A stretch of DNA of 64,000 bases from Candidatus Moraniibacteriota bacterium (GCA_046116545.1 CP175956.1:641734-705733); one strand, 5' to 3'; positions 39,998-49,489 are shown, counted from the stretch's first letter. The notes: generated from the sequence alone by a model not told the origin. Made by a program: numbers and translations.

Positions 39998-40393
39998 ATG
40001 ATTAAAACAAAATGTATTTTAACAAAACCATGTGTTACTGATGGTACACGTATTTCTGTTATGTCTAGGCATACATTAGTTGATGGTGTCACACCGGACA
40101 TCCGTATTACACAGACATTATATGATATTCATTGTAAGAATCTTGCACCACCAGATATTTTAGTAGGTGCCTTTTATAGAGGTGAGCTATCATTTAAACA
40201 ATATAGCTACGCATATAGAATGTATTTACAGCAAAAAGATTACCGAAAAACTCTGCGTAGTATTGCTAAATATGGACTGGTAGAAGATATTACATTTTTA
40301 TGTATTGAAGACTTACCAGAATATTGTCATCGATTGATTTTGTTGCAGGAATGTTTATGGCAGGAACCTGCTTTACATTACATAATTTCTTGA
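39998..40393 (+). CDS. DUF488 family protein
   Basis: 131 aa; ...DITFLCIEDLPEYCHRLILLQECL C-terminal motif characteristic of DUF488. Confidence 0.5.
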   Translation: MIKTKCILTKPCVTDGTRISVMSRHTLVDGVTPDIRITQTLYDIHCKNLAPPDILVGAFYRGELSFKQYSYAYRMYLQQKDYRKTLRSIAKYGLVEDITFLCIEDLPEYCHRLILLQECLWQEPALHYIIS

Positions 40394-40395
40394 AA

Positions 40396-40432
40396 CTAAA
40401 CTGAGGTTTTTTTAATATAAAATCCTCAGTTT
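40396..40432 (+). terminator. rho-independent terminator
   Basis: aaactgaggttttttt...aaaatcctcagttttt hairpin. Confidence 0.7.
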
Positions 40433-40457
40433 TTATTTGATAAAAAATTACTTCGTT

Positions 40458-40684
40458 TGACAAGGGTATTGCATTATGTTATAAAGTAATTAATATAATT
40501 TTTATAAAGAAGTTATGAAATTTAAAGATTTCAAAAATTATTCAAATAGTAATCTTGGATGTGCGACAGATGTCGTAAAGCCTACTTTTTCTATGCGCTC
40601 AAATATTATTGAGCAAATGGATACTTGTAGCCAAGGTTGTTTTTGTCTAACTTACTTCTATAGAAAATACTTTCTTATTTCATA
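40458..40684 (+). CDS. consensus-promoter-driven small ORF (56 aa, Cys-containing peptide)
   Basis: TTGACA(40458)-17-TATAAA promoter; ORF 40514-40684 MKFKDFKNYSNSNLGCATDVV...CSQGCFCLTYFYRKYFLIS; terminator hairpin at 40717-40745. Confidence 0.35.
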
Positions 40685-40872
40685 GTTCAAAAAGTTAACT
40701 TAATATCAAAAACTATCTCGGCTAGATTACAAGCCGATTTTTTTGTCTTGCAATCTATTGAAAAATATTAGTTTTTTGAAAATTTAATAGAAAAGGAGGA
40801 AATTATATCATGATACGTAGATAGTATTAGATGTCCTTATATTTATTTTAATTTTCCAATGGAGGAAAAAAC

Positions 40873-41412
40873 ATGTTAAAACGTCATAAGATTAATTTAC
40901 GAGCAGTGTCCGTAGAAGATGCCATGGTATTTATTCTTTGGATGAATGATCCTGAAGTAACTAAGTTTCTCGTGCGCTCAAAACCGATAACACTAACAAT
41001 GGAAAAAGAATGGATTGAGAGTGTTGGAAAGTCTGATTCTGAAATAGTTTTTACTATTGAGGCCATTGATGGTAGAAAACCAGTTGTAATTGGTAGCATC
41101 GGACTTCATAAAATCGATTGGCTTAACCGTAGTGCAACATTTGGTATTGTTATTGGTGATAAAAAATACTGGAGCAATGGATATGGCACGGAGGCTGCCG
41201 AGTTACTTATTAAATATGGGTTTAATTCATTGAATTTACATAGAATTGAATCAGCTGCTTATGCATTTAACAAGCGAAGTGTCGCATTACATAAAAAACT
41301 TGGATTTATGGAGGAGGGAATTAGTAGAAAAGCTATTTATAAAAATGGCAAGTATCATGATGTCGCTAATTTTGGCTTTTTACGTAAAGAATATAAAAAG
41401 CTGAACAAATAA
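40873..41412 (+). CDS. GNAT family N-acetyltransferase (RimJ/RimL-like)
   Basis: GNAT motif A region ...WSNGYGTEAAELLIKYGF...; strong RBS GGAGGAAAAAAC. Confidence 0.8.
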   Translation: MLKRHKINLRAVSVEDAMVFILWMNDPEVTKFLVRSKPITLTMEKEWIESVGKSDSEIVFTIEAIDGRKPVVIGSIGLHKIDWLNRSATFGIVIGDKKYWSNGYGTEAAELLIKYGFNSLNLHRIESAAYAFNKRSVALHKKLGFMEEGISRKAIYKNGKYHDVANFGFLRKEYKKLNK

Positions 41413-41528
41413 TTTGTAAGGACAGACCTGTGTGTCTGTCCTTTAAATTTGTATAAACAAAAAGGCGGGTATAAAACCCGCCACTACCATGTTTGTCATC
41501 CTGAACTTAATTTAGTAAATCAGATGTT

Positions 41529-41882
41529 TTAGTTAACCTTCTTGAAGTTTACATTATACATTGGTTCGTATAAGTTATCATATGCATCACGAACCTCAAC
41601 TGTCTCACCATCCATCATAGTTGATAGGGAAATATCAGACATCATTTCTTGTAATGATTTTGATTCTCCTTTAAGTTCATCAAGTTTTTCCCAACGCATT
41701 CCTAGATCTCTTTGTGCGCTTAATTCATGTTGTTTTTTTGTTTCTCTCATAACATTCATCTTTTCAATCAATTCTTGGTATTCAGCATCTTGAGCTAAAA
41801 CATCTTTATATTCTTTGCGAATTTCTTTCATTTCTTTTTTAGTGATTTGAAATTCACTAAAGACTTCTTGTACATCTTTCAT
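41529..41882 (-). CDS. hypothetical coiled-coil protein
   Basis: 117 aa, charged helical. Confidence 0.4.
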   Translation of the reverse strand: MKDVQEVFSEFQITKKEMKEIRKEYKDVLAQDAEYQELIEKMNVMRETKKQHELSAQRDLGMRWEKLDELKGESKSLQEMMSDISLSTMMDGETVEVRDAYDNLYEPMYNVNFKKVN

Positions 41883-43275
41883 ATGTTTTTTTGTTTAATT
41901 ATTTTACGAACACAAAATCTATTATACCATACAATATCACTAAATAATAAACTTCAATTATAAAAACATTAAAGCGTGGGGAAGAGGTCTATAAGATAGT
42001 AGGTGTTGAGTATGTCCTAAATATAAAATAGTTAAAAACATAACTTTGAATCATTTTAGAATACAATGGATACTAGTCTAATACTATAGATATTAAATAT
42101 ATGTGGTATTTTTTTATCAAAATTAAAAGTGTAATAGATAAATATTTTTATGTCGCACAATATTTTAGTATATAAAGTTCATTGGGGAAGAGTTGTATTT
42201 GTAAGTATGCCTTTTATCAATCATTTTTCACTACTAATGCAGTATAAATTTATACTCATATATCATAGGATTCTAAACCATTATTAGTTAACTTTACATA
42301 AACTATAAATCATTTTTATTTTTAAAAAATATTTTATTATTAAGTTTGAATAAAAAATTATAATAAATATTAGCTAAATTAAAATCTAATTCAAAAAGAA
42401 ATGAATATGTATGTACATATGTATTATTTTATAATGTATCTATTTAGTGCTTAATTTGATAATTAGTAGCACTAAATACGCAAGTGACAGATTGACTGGT
42501 GTGTTTGTAAGAAAAAAGTAATACCTATATACCACTAATTTTTTACAAAACGTCTAAGGAGATTTCATGTATACGTTTTGAATAAAAAAGTAATACGTAA
42601 GTACCACTGAAATTGTATATTTTGCAGAGTTAAAAACTAACTAAGTTGTATAAACTCAAATTAACTATTTATAAAACTTCCATAGCATATCTGGGATTAA
42701 AAATTTTATAAATAATTGGATAAAAAACATTTTTAAAATACAAAATAATTTATAAATTATTTAAAATTTAATTTATTAAAATATAGATTTTAAGCTAAAA
42801 TTCATTATTTATCATAAGTAAGATAGTATATAGATCTCCAAAAACTAGAAATATTATATATTTTTGTTTAAAAGGTACTTTTTTGGCTTAAATAAAGGGT
42901 TTTTAATGATGGTATGTCGCATAAGATACATTGTGCGACATAGAATATATCATGAATTCATACCATTTAACCTAGTTCCTTGAATAAATTAGCTTGCTAC
43001 TGATACCTCTAAAAATCGCATTTGACTAACTTTTTAACTTAAAACCATCCATTATACTATTATATACTGGATGGTTTATGTATTTTTATTCTGATTGTTT
43101 ATGCAATCTCTGGGACATTCTTTTTGCTAATCCCATAATTGCAGGACTTAAGGTTCTAATCGAACCATCCGGCATCAGTACTTCAGGTTTTTTAATGCCT
43201 ACAAGTTTACGATTTAATAATCTGCGATGACCTAAGTTTTTTTCGTTATGAAATGCATAACCTCTCCCCTACTTT
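41883..43275. other. 1.4-kb ORF-free AT-rich region with internal direct and inverted repeats
   Basis: No ORF of 60 aa or more on any frame. Direct repeat AAAAAGTAATACSTAWRTACCACT at 42510 and 42587. TGGGGAAGAGKT repeat at 41979 and 42184. ATGTCGCAYAA motif at 42150, 42914 and 42928. Perfect 10-bp inverted repeat at 43043-43079. Confidence 0.6.
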
Positions 43276-43698
43276 TTACAGCATCATTTTAAATACATTA
43301 GTGTCATTTTTTTCGAAACCTTTTTGTTGGTAAAGTTGTATAGCTGCTTTCCTGGCACTATTACTAGTTAATTCTAAGCGACATAACTTCAACTTTTTAG
43401 CTTCTGATATCAAATAATCAATCATTGCACTACCTATCCCCTGTCGCAGATAAGATTTGTCAACAATAACGTCTTCAATAGTACCGACACTGCCTTGACT
43501 GGGAACCAATCGCACAGTAAGTGCACAAAAAGATATGATTTTACCAGAATCTTTTACTACAAAACAAATACAATGATCATCATAAACACATTGCCTCAGA
43601 TAATCTTTGGTAACGCAGTTACGTGTTAATTGCAAAAATAGTTTTTGAACATCTAAAAGGTTATCTTTTACAGCTAACCTTTTAACAATAATATCCAT
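43276..43698 (-). CDS. GNAT family N-acetyltransferase
   Basis: RQGIGSAMIDYLISEAKKLKL...ELTSNSARKAAIQLYQQKGF motif A/B pattern. Confidence 0.75.
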   Translation of the reverse strand: MDIIVKRLAVKDNLLDVQKLFLQLTRNCVTKDYLRQCVYDDHCICFVVKDSGKIISFCALTVRLVPSQGSVGTIEDVIVDKSYLRQGIGSAMIDYLISEAKKLKLCRLELTSNSARKAAIQLYQQKGFEKNDTNVFKMML

Positions 43699-43715
43699 AA
43701 TTCTCCTCCTTAACT

Positions 43716-44417
43716 CTAGTCATTTTTTATAAGAGTTCCTTCAAATTTTCTATTGTATAAGTACGCATCTAAATTTTCCAAATTTGCACCGTTTAATGTA
43801 ACTGCCTCCAAATTCTCTCGTTTGGCATATTCGGCTGCAATAGGATCAAATGGAGCATTCATACCAGGGCTCCATTCAGCTGTATTGATTTCTTGAAATC
43901 TTTCCCAAGACATCTCCTCTATTTTTATAGCATCAGGAAACTTTGCAGGATCCTTATCATAAACATAGTCTATATTTGATAAATTTACAATCTTTTTGAT
44001 ATTTAGGTATCTTGCAAGTAGCACAGTATCATAATCAGTAGAAAAACCAGGACGCCATCCAGCAGCAATCATAATAGGCTGTTCACATTGGAAAAAATCT
44101 TCTAAATCATGTGGATTTGTATTTATACGAGGATGCGCATAGTCACGAAATATTGTACGTATTAAATGTGCATTTAAACGAGTAGCATGTATACCTAACC
44201 AGTCTTTATCTTCATCATTTACATCCGGAGAGATTGCCTCGGCTGCATTTGCATATTGTCGTGCTGTTTTACCTCCACCAGTTATAAAAACAAATCTTTT
44301 ATCATTTTCTTTTACATGTTTTATTATTAATGCACGAAACTCCTTTAAAAAATCTACATTAATATCTTTTGGAGCTATTAAGGATCCACCTAGATTGATA
44401 ATACATGTTTTTTCCAT
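43716..44417 (-). CDS. amino-acid-kinase family protein, UMP kinase-like (archaeal type)
   Basis: IINLGGSLI...FITGGGKTARQY...DWLGIHATRLNAHLI matches the PyrH/AAK motif pattern. Confidence 0.6.
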   Translation of the reverse strand: MEKTCIINLGGSLIAPKDINVDFLKEFRALIIKHVKENDKRFVFITGGGKTARQYANAAEAISPDVNDEDKDWLGIHATRLNAHLIRTIFRDYAHPRINTNPHDLEDFFQCEQPIMIAAGWRPGFSTDYDTVLLARYLNIKKIVNLSNIDYVYDKDPAKFPDAIKIEEMSWERFQEINTAEWSPGMNAPFDPIAAEYAKRENLEAVTLNGANLENLDAYLYNRKFEGTLIKND

Positions 44418-44440
44418 ATGTCTTTTTATTTAATTATTTA

Positions 44441-44845
44441 TTATTTACATGAAGTTGATCTTTTGTAACCTTTTTCAATTGCTTCTGCATCCGATTTGAA
44501 GCATCTTAAATTTTCTTTTGATATCTTTTTTGCATATGAACAGTCTGGTGGATAGTATTTAGCTCCTTTTACACTTCCTACATAAATACAATCTTTTTGC
44601 GTTAGTACAGAGTTCTCACAGATTTCCTTTATTATAACAGGTGCATTAATTGGTTTTTCTACAATAATAGGAGATTGTGTAATTCCAGCTCCTTTTAAGG
44701 TTCCAAATACAAAACTAAGCACAGCTACTACCACAAAACCAATAATTAACAAGATTTGTCTTTCATTCTCTGAAAACCAGTTAACTAGAGATTTTCGTAA
44801 TTTATTTATTTTCAATTGCATTTCTTTCCAACTTAGCATGTTCAT
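44441..44845 (-). CDS. membrane-anchored protein with Ada-type Zn-binding-like domain
   Basis: C-terminal CIYVGSVKGAKYYPPDCSYAKKISKENLRCFKSDAEAIEKGYKRSTSC resembles the Ada metal-binding domain. Confidence 0.45.
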   Translation of the reverse strand: MNMLSWKEMQLKINKLRKSLVNWFSENERQILLIIGFVVVAVLSFVFGTLKGAGITQSPIIVEKPINAPVIIKEICENSVLTQKDCIYVGSVKGAKYYPPDCSYAKKISKENLRCFKSDAEAIEKGYKRSTSCK

Positions 44846-44972
44846 ATAACATAATTAATTATTTATAACACACGTCCATTGACAATATCAAATTCTTTAG
44901 CTATAATATCATAGTATAAAAATTTATGGAAGACTTTGCGGTCTTTCCCTTTAATATATTAACTTTTAAACT

Positions 44973-45251
44973 ATGGCACATCGAAAAGCCGGTGGATCCA
45001 CCAGTCTGGGCCGTGATTCAATATCTAAGCGATTAGGAGTAAAAATCTACGGTTCTCAAAAAGCTCAAATTGGTAGCATCATAGTTCGTCAAAGAGGTAC
45101 AAAAATTCACCCAGGTGAAAATGTAACTCGAGGTGAAGATGATACACTTTTTTCAACAGCAGTTGGAACAGTGAAATTCATGGACAAAAAAGTAAGAGAT
45201 TTCACAGGGAAGTTGAAAACAAGAAAATTTGTTAGCGTAGTAACTGAATAA
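44973..45251 (+). CDS. rpmA: 50S ribosomal protein L27
   Basis: [24 protein letters not shown]...[13 protein letters not shown] signature. Confidence 0.9.
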   Translation: MAHRKAGGSTSLGRDSISKRLGVKIYGSQKAQIGSIIVRQRGTKIHPGENVTRGEDDTLFSTAVGTVKFMDKKVRDFTGKLKTRKFVSVVTE

Positions 45252-45267
45252 TATAAGTCAGTTCCCT

Positions 45268-45300
45268 TCTAAATTATAAAAAACACTCATTTTATATGAG
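45268..45300 (+). terminator. rho-independent terminator
   Basis: aaaaacactcattttatatgagtgtttttt. Confidence 0.75.
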
Positions 45301-45406
45301 TGTTTTTTATTATAAACAAATTGACATGCTTTATAAATTTGGTATATATTACAATCAATGAAATAGTATTTTAATAATATAATATATTTATAGGAGACTT
45401 ATATAA

Positions 45407-45913
45407 ATGACTGATTACATACCAAAAGAAGCTTTTGTCTTGAAAAGTGGTAAATACGTTGGAACTAGCCTAGACCAATTAATGTTTGTTGATTGTACAC
45501 ATATACTTTATTTACTCAATGTATACAAAGATGATTCTTCACAAAAAAGTCAATTATACAAACATCTAATTTGGCTATCAGAACAAGCAACAACTAGACA
45601 AATCACGGCTATCTGTCCTCATTGCAATGAAAATACAATGAAGTATTTTGCATTAATTTCTGATAGAAAATCTAATTACAAAACAGGATTGAGGCAAACA
45701 TGTTGTGCAAATGACACTTGTCAGAATAAGCTAAAAAAATCTTTATATTTATCTAATGAATATTATTTTAGAATTCTTGCTATGGAATTTGATTCCATGT
45801 TAAATGTTAGACATAAAAAAGCACGAGATGAAATATCCAAATTACTAAAAAGAATATTTGGATTACCAAAAAAATTAACAAGAGAGCTTGCCTTTAATTT
45901 TTTTGCACAATAA
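45407..45913 (+). CDS. Cys-rich hypothetical protein
   Basis: 168 aa; CPHCNEN and CCANDTCQN motifs. Confidence 0.4.
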   Translation: MTDYIPKEAFVLKSGKYVGTSLDQLMFVDCTHILYLLNVYKDDSSQKSQLYKHLIWLSEQATTRQITAICPHCNENTMKYFALISDRKSNYKTGLRQTCCANDTCQNKLKKSLYLSNEYYFRILAMEFDSMLNVRHKKARDEISKLLKRIFGLPKKLTRELAFNFFAQ

Positions 45914-45937
45914 CCGTTGTAAGAACCTCCCATAATA

Positions 45938-45972
45938 AAAGACGCTAGATAATTTTAGCGTCTTTTTAAATT
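45938..45972. terminator. bidirectional terminator
   Basis: aaaagacgctagataattttagcgtcttttt. Confidence 0.8.
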
Positions 45973-45976
45973 GTAA

Positions 45977-47230
45977 TTATTTTTCAATTTGTTTAGATAA
46001 CTTTTGAAATTCTTTATCTTTTTTGCAAATATCAGGATGTACTTGTAATGCCATATCATTAATTCCCAATAATTTCATGTTACTTAAAGTTTTCACTCGT
46101 GATAGAGCAACATAGCCCATACCATATTCAAATGCTTTGCTAAGGTCCATTTCTGCACTATCAAGAGTCATTCCTTGACTCTTATGTACTGTAATGGCCC
46201 ATGCTAGCCTGAGAGGTAACTGAGTAAGTTCTGCAAGTGTCTCACCCTCTTCTTCAATTGACCATTTCTCAGGGAATACTACTATCTCTTCCCCATTAGC
46301 AATTTCTACAATAGGAAATTTATCTTCACTAAAATCAATGACTCTGCCAACAGTACCATTCACATAACCTTCTTCAAAATTATTTCGCACAAACATTACC
46401 AATGCACCTTCCTTTAGAATGAGCTTCTCTGGAGCAAGACAACCCTTCTGTAATGCAGTTATAATCATTTCATTACCATCTGTTGCCATTTGATATGCAA
46501 GTGATGGCGTTTCTAATTTGCTCAATTCACGATTATTTATATTATCTACATCCACGTTATGTGTGAATAATTTTGTAGACTCAGCATTATCATCTTTAAA
46601 CGGATCATCAATTAAATCTTGTAGTAGATTACGAGTTTCATCACCAACTTTTCCATTTCTGATGTCTGATAAAATTTGTACAATATCATCTTCCTCCTGA
46701 CGAAATTGTTCTGTAAGATAACAAGATTTTATTTTTAATTCCTTCCAACTCTGAGATTCAAAAGCAAATTTAACTTTGTCTTCAGTATTTCTAGATATTG
46801 GAGGAAGTTGAAAAAAGTCACCTGAAAGAACCACCTGCATACCACCAAAAGGCTCCCAGCTACCACGAGCAAGTCTAAGAATTTTATTTATCAAATCCAA
46901 CTGATGTGCATGTACCATGGAAACTTCATCAATTATAAGTACATCCGTTTTAGTAAGTCTTTCACGAATAATTGGCTTCTTGAGCATTTGAGTAATATCC
47001 TTATTATCCAAATCATCCTTAATACCCATACCACTCCAAGAATGAATAGTACGTCCACCAATATGAGTTGCTGCAATACCAGTTGAAGCCGTAATAGCAA
47101 CTTTACTTTTATTTTCTTTTAAATAATCAATATATTCATTAAGTAGATAGGTTTTACCACTACCAGCAGCACCAGTAAGAAAAACATTATGACCATCTTT
47201 CAAAATTTCTAAAGCAGTTTTTTGTTTCAT
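45977..47230 (-). CDS. PIF1/RecD-like superfamily-1 DNA helicase
   Basis: LTGAAGSGKT Walker A, ITASTGIAATHIGGRTIHS, VLIIDEVSMV Walker B, TVHKSQGMTLD motif. Confidence 0.8.
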   Translation of the reverse strand: MKQKTALEILKDGHNVFLTGAAGSGKTYLLNEYIDYLKENKSKVAITASTGIAATHIGGRTIHSWSGMGIKDDLDNKDITQMLKKPIIRERLTKTDVLIIDEVSMVHAHQLDLINKILRLARGSWEPFGGMQVVLSGDFFQLPPISRNTEDKVKFAFESQSWKELKIKSCYLTEQFRQEEDDIVQILSDIRNGKVGDETRNLLQDLIDDPFKDDNAESTKLFTHNVDVDNINNRELSKLETPSLAYQMATDGNEMIITALQKGCLAPEKLILKEGALVMFVRNNFEEGYVNGTVGRVIDFSEDKFPIVEIANGEEIVVFPEKWSIEEEGETLAELTQLPLRLAWAITVHKSQGMTLDSAEMDLSKAFEYGMGYVALSRVKTLSNMKLLGINDMALQVHPDICKKDKEFQKLSKQIEK

Positions 47231-47257
47231 TTGATATAACTTATATGTAATTGTATA

Positions 47258-47284
47258 TTGTCATTCCTGCGCAGGCAGGAATCT
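47258..47284 (-). repeat. 5'-proximal hairpin element (family copy 2): AGATTCCTGC-ctgc-GCAGGAATGACAA on the minus strand
   Basis: Same architecture as 4558-4584 with a compensatory C/T:G/A stem change; 27-53 nt upstream of the helicase start codon. Confidence 0.7.
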
Positions 47285-47464
47285 TATACAACAACATCTT
47301 CAATAATTAACCATATAACTATACCACGAATCCAAATCAAAGGTCCATCTCTTCAGTAATTACTATCACGTTCGAATCCTATTGCCCCAACTTTTTTTAA
47401 ACAAACAAAAAACCCACCGAAGCAGATTTTCTGCTGGCAGGTTAATATGAATTGACTACATATC

Positions 47465-47920
47465 CTACAGATTTCCGCAACCAGGACATTTTCCATTGGC
47501 TGACTGCATATGTTCAATCGATCCATGAATTTCACATTCAGGTTCTGATACTTTATTATTTGGTGGTGTATACCGACAAGAGTAATATTCCACAGAAAAT
47601 GGTGGACTTAGTGCCTCAATTTCTTTAATTGCTTGTGCCTCATCATAGAAATCTCCAGCTCTTTGCTTCAACAAAACATCAGCCACTTCTCCATCCTTGG
47701 CAAGATTTCTTGCCTCTTCAGTAAGCTCAACAATAACCTCAGCAGTTGGGTCAACATATTCATCAACTGTTCCATCTTTCTTTTTTTCATAGACAGTAAT
47801 AACAGCATCCGATGACTCAATGGCAATCCCAAAATTAAGGATTGGTAAAATTTTACTCATAAAAAATTTTTCAATTTTACCATTCATCTCAGAACTTCCG
47901 CCCTTCAAAATAACTTTCAT
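47465..47920 (-). CDS. hypothetical protein with C-terminal CPGC zinc-ribbon
   Basis: 151 aa; AGGAGG RBS; transcribed from the promoter embedded in repeat copy C. Confidence 0.4.
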   Translation of the reverse strand: MKVILKGGSSEMNGKIEKFFMSKILPILNFGIAIESSDAVITVYEKKKDGTVDEYVDPTAEVIVELTEEARNLAKDGEVADVLLKQRAGDFYDEAQAIKEIEALSPPFSVEYYSCRYTPPNNKVSEPECEIHGSIEHMQSANGKCPGCGNL

Positions 47921-47979
47921 CAGTTTTTCCTCCTATACTTATTTATTTGACTCGAAATGAGTGTTTGTTAATGTAACTA

Positions 47980-48090
47980 ACAATTATACCTTAAATTCAC
48001 TAATATGTCAATCTCTTCTCAAGACCTTAAATTCTAATTCAAAGCTGAATTCAATACCGTTCGAACTTCGTCCCATAGGGCCAACAAATA
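47980..48090 (-). repeat. intergenic repeat module copy C with embedded consensus promoter (TTGACA 48006-48011, 17-nt spacer, TATAAT 47983-47988, minus strand)
   Basis: Reverse complement aligns along about 110 nt with copies A and B; core at 48040-48087. Confidence 0.85.
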
Positions 48091-48110
48091 AAACATGTCT
48101 TTTGTCAAGG

Positions 48111-48845
48111 TCATTTATAATTTTTTTCAGTAACTAGCAGGCCTGTATCATACATATGATTTTTATCATTTGCCCCATAAACAGATTCTTCTATTAATTC
48201 AAAAGTATCATAATCGACATCAGTCATAATACTATTTCCATAGATAATATTTGTATTGTCTTTATAATAACCATGGCCAATTTTTTCAAATGAATTTGGG
48301 TCTACATTCTCAACAATCTTTTGATAATAAAAAACCTTATCTTTATCTCTTGCGTATCCACAACAAAAAGACACCATCTCGAAAGAAGCATAATCTGCAT
48401 CAACTTCAAGACCTTTATAAAATATCTTTGAAGCATCTTTAGCATAATATCCTTTTAATGCTCTGAATGTCAAAGGATTAGCATTTATCAATATATTATT
48501 GTAATAAACCGTGTCTTTGTCTGCAAAATATCCATAACTACCAATTTCTCGAAATGTTTTTGGATCCAATCCTTCAAATGTTTTCATTGTAAACTTACTT
48601 CCACTCGAATTTACATTGCCTACACAAATTCGATCTTTTAAAATTTTAAATTGAGGGCCTTTTGCTGCTGCCTGAACAGAATAGCAGCGATCAAATATTT
48701 TACCAATAAAATCTCGAGTGCTGTATAAATCGTTTATTGCTTTATGAGGAAGATATTTTAAATTAATAAAAAACAATGTTATTAATAAAAAAATAGCCAA
48801 AAATAAAACAAATAGAACCCAAAATAAATATCTAACTTTTCTCAT
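48111..48845 (-). CDS. DKNYY-repeat family protein with N-terminal TM anchor
   Basis: Repeated DKD(K/T)VYY...NVDP(N/K)SF modules (DKNYY domain). Confidence 0.7.
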   Translation of the reverse strand: MRKVRYLFWVLFVLFLAIFLLITLFFINLKYLPHKAINDLYSTRDFIGKIFDRCYSVQAAAKGPQFKILKDRICVGNVNSSGSKFTMKTFEGLDPKTFREIGSYGYFADKDTVYYNNILINANPLTFRALKGYYAKDASKIFYKGLEVDADYASFEMVSFCCGYARDKDKVFYYQKIVENVDPNSFEKIGHGYYKDNTNIIYGNSIMTDVDYDTFELIEESVYGANDKNHMYDTGLLVTEKNYK

Positions 48846-48877
48846 AAAATAATTATACCAAAAATTGCCAGAATGAA

Positions 48878-49390
48878 CTATTTATTGCAATAAAAGTGTT
48901 CGAACTTCATCCCATAGGGCCAACAATTTTTATTAAAAATCTCTATAGCGGCATAAACAAATATCCGATCTTTTTCCTTTGCAGCTTCCGAGAGAAATTT
49001 GTAAGGCAACTGATGTTGTTGTTCTGCTCTACTCATATTCCTACTTAACCAATCTTCATGTACCAAGTGTGAAACTATTTCTACAAATTTATCATTGAAT
49101 GAACCACTATTATGACTTACTCTCAAAACCTCATCAAAAGCCACCTTGCTTCCATGCCATCTCTCATTTTTCCAATCTAAAGGTAAGTCACTATAACAAA
49201 GATTAGCAAGATCTACCTGATTGGTACCATTTTTTTTAATCCAATTAGAATCAAGTGTTGCCTTTATTCTTGTTCCGTTATTTTTTTCTTTGTATATCAC
49301 CTTAAATTTTTCGTGTACATTATCAGCAACAGTTATAATCAATCTTTCATAATCAGAGTCTTTGTGTTTATTCAAGACTTCCTTACTCAT
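48878..49390 (-). CDS. hypothetical protein (C-terminus encoded by repeat core copy D)
   Basis: 170 aa; last 12 codons ...WPYGMKFEHFYCNK are read through the repeat core. Confidence 0.4.
   Translation of the reverse strand: MSKEVLNKHKDSDYERLIITVADNVHEKFKVIYKEKNNGTRIKATLDSNWIKKNGTNQVDLANLCYSDLPLDWKNERWHGSKVAFDEVLRVSHNSGSFNDKFVEIVSHLVHEDWLSRNMSRAEQQHQLPYKFLSEAAKEKDRIFVYAAIEIFNKNCWPYGMKFEHFYCNK
48898..48926 (-). repeat. repeat core copy D (truncated module), followed by extended -10 TGgTATAAT 6 nt before the ATG of the downstream gene
   Basis: GTTGGCCCTATGGGATGAAGTTCGAAC on the minus strand; TATAAT at 48852-48857 (minus). Confidence 0.8.
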
Positions 49391-49463
49391 GCAACAAAAA
49401 AATAATTTTTACCTATTTAGTATATCAAAACTTGCCCAAAAACACTATCTATTCTAATAAAAC

Positions 49464-49489
49464 CGTTCGAACCTCGTCCCACAGGGCCA
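49464..49489 (-). repeat. repeat core copy E
   Basis: GTGGCCCTGTGGGACGAGGTTCGAAC on the minus strand, 3' of gene 49583-50122. Confidence 0.8.

Noticed and set aside
42446-42477. CIRCE-like HrcA operator (TTAGTGCT-N15-AGCACTAA)
   Set aside because: The arms are swapped relative to the CIRCE consensus TTAGCACTC-N9-GAGTGCTAA, the spacer is 15 rather than 9, and no heat-shock gene is downstream.
43083-43250. 56-codon minus-strand ORF (MHFITKKNLGHRRLLNRKLVGIKKPEVLMPDGSIRTL...) as a mobile-element or integrase remnant
   Set aside because: Only a vague resemblance to N-termini of P4-type integrases. Too short and without diagnostic motifs. Left unannotated apart from mention in the ORF-free region finding.
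41883-43275. CRISPR array in the ORF-free region
   Set aside because: Repeats are few (2-3 copies), irregularly spaced and of differing sequence families. There is no repeat-spacer periodicity and no cas genes.
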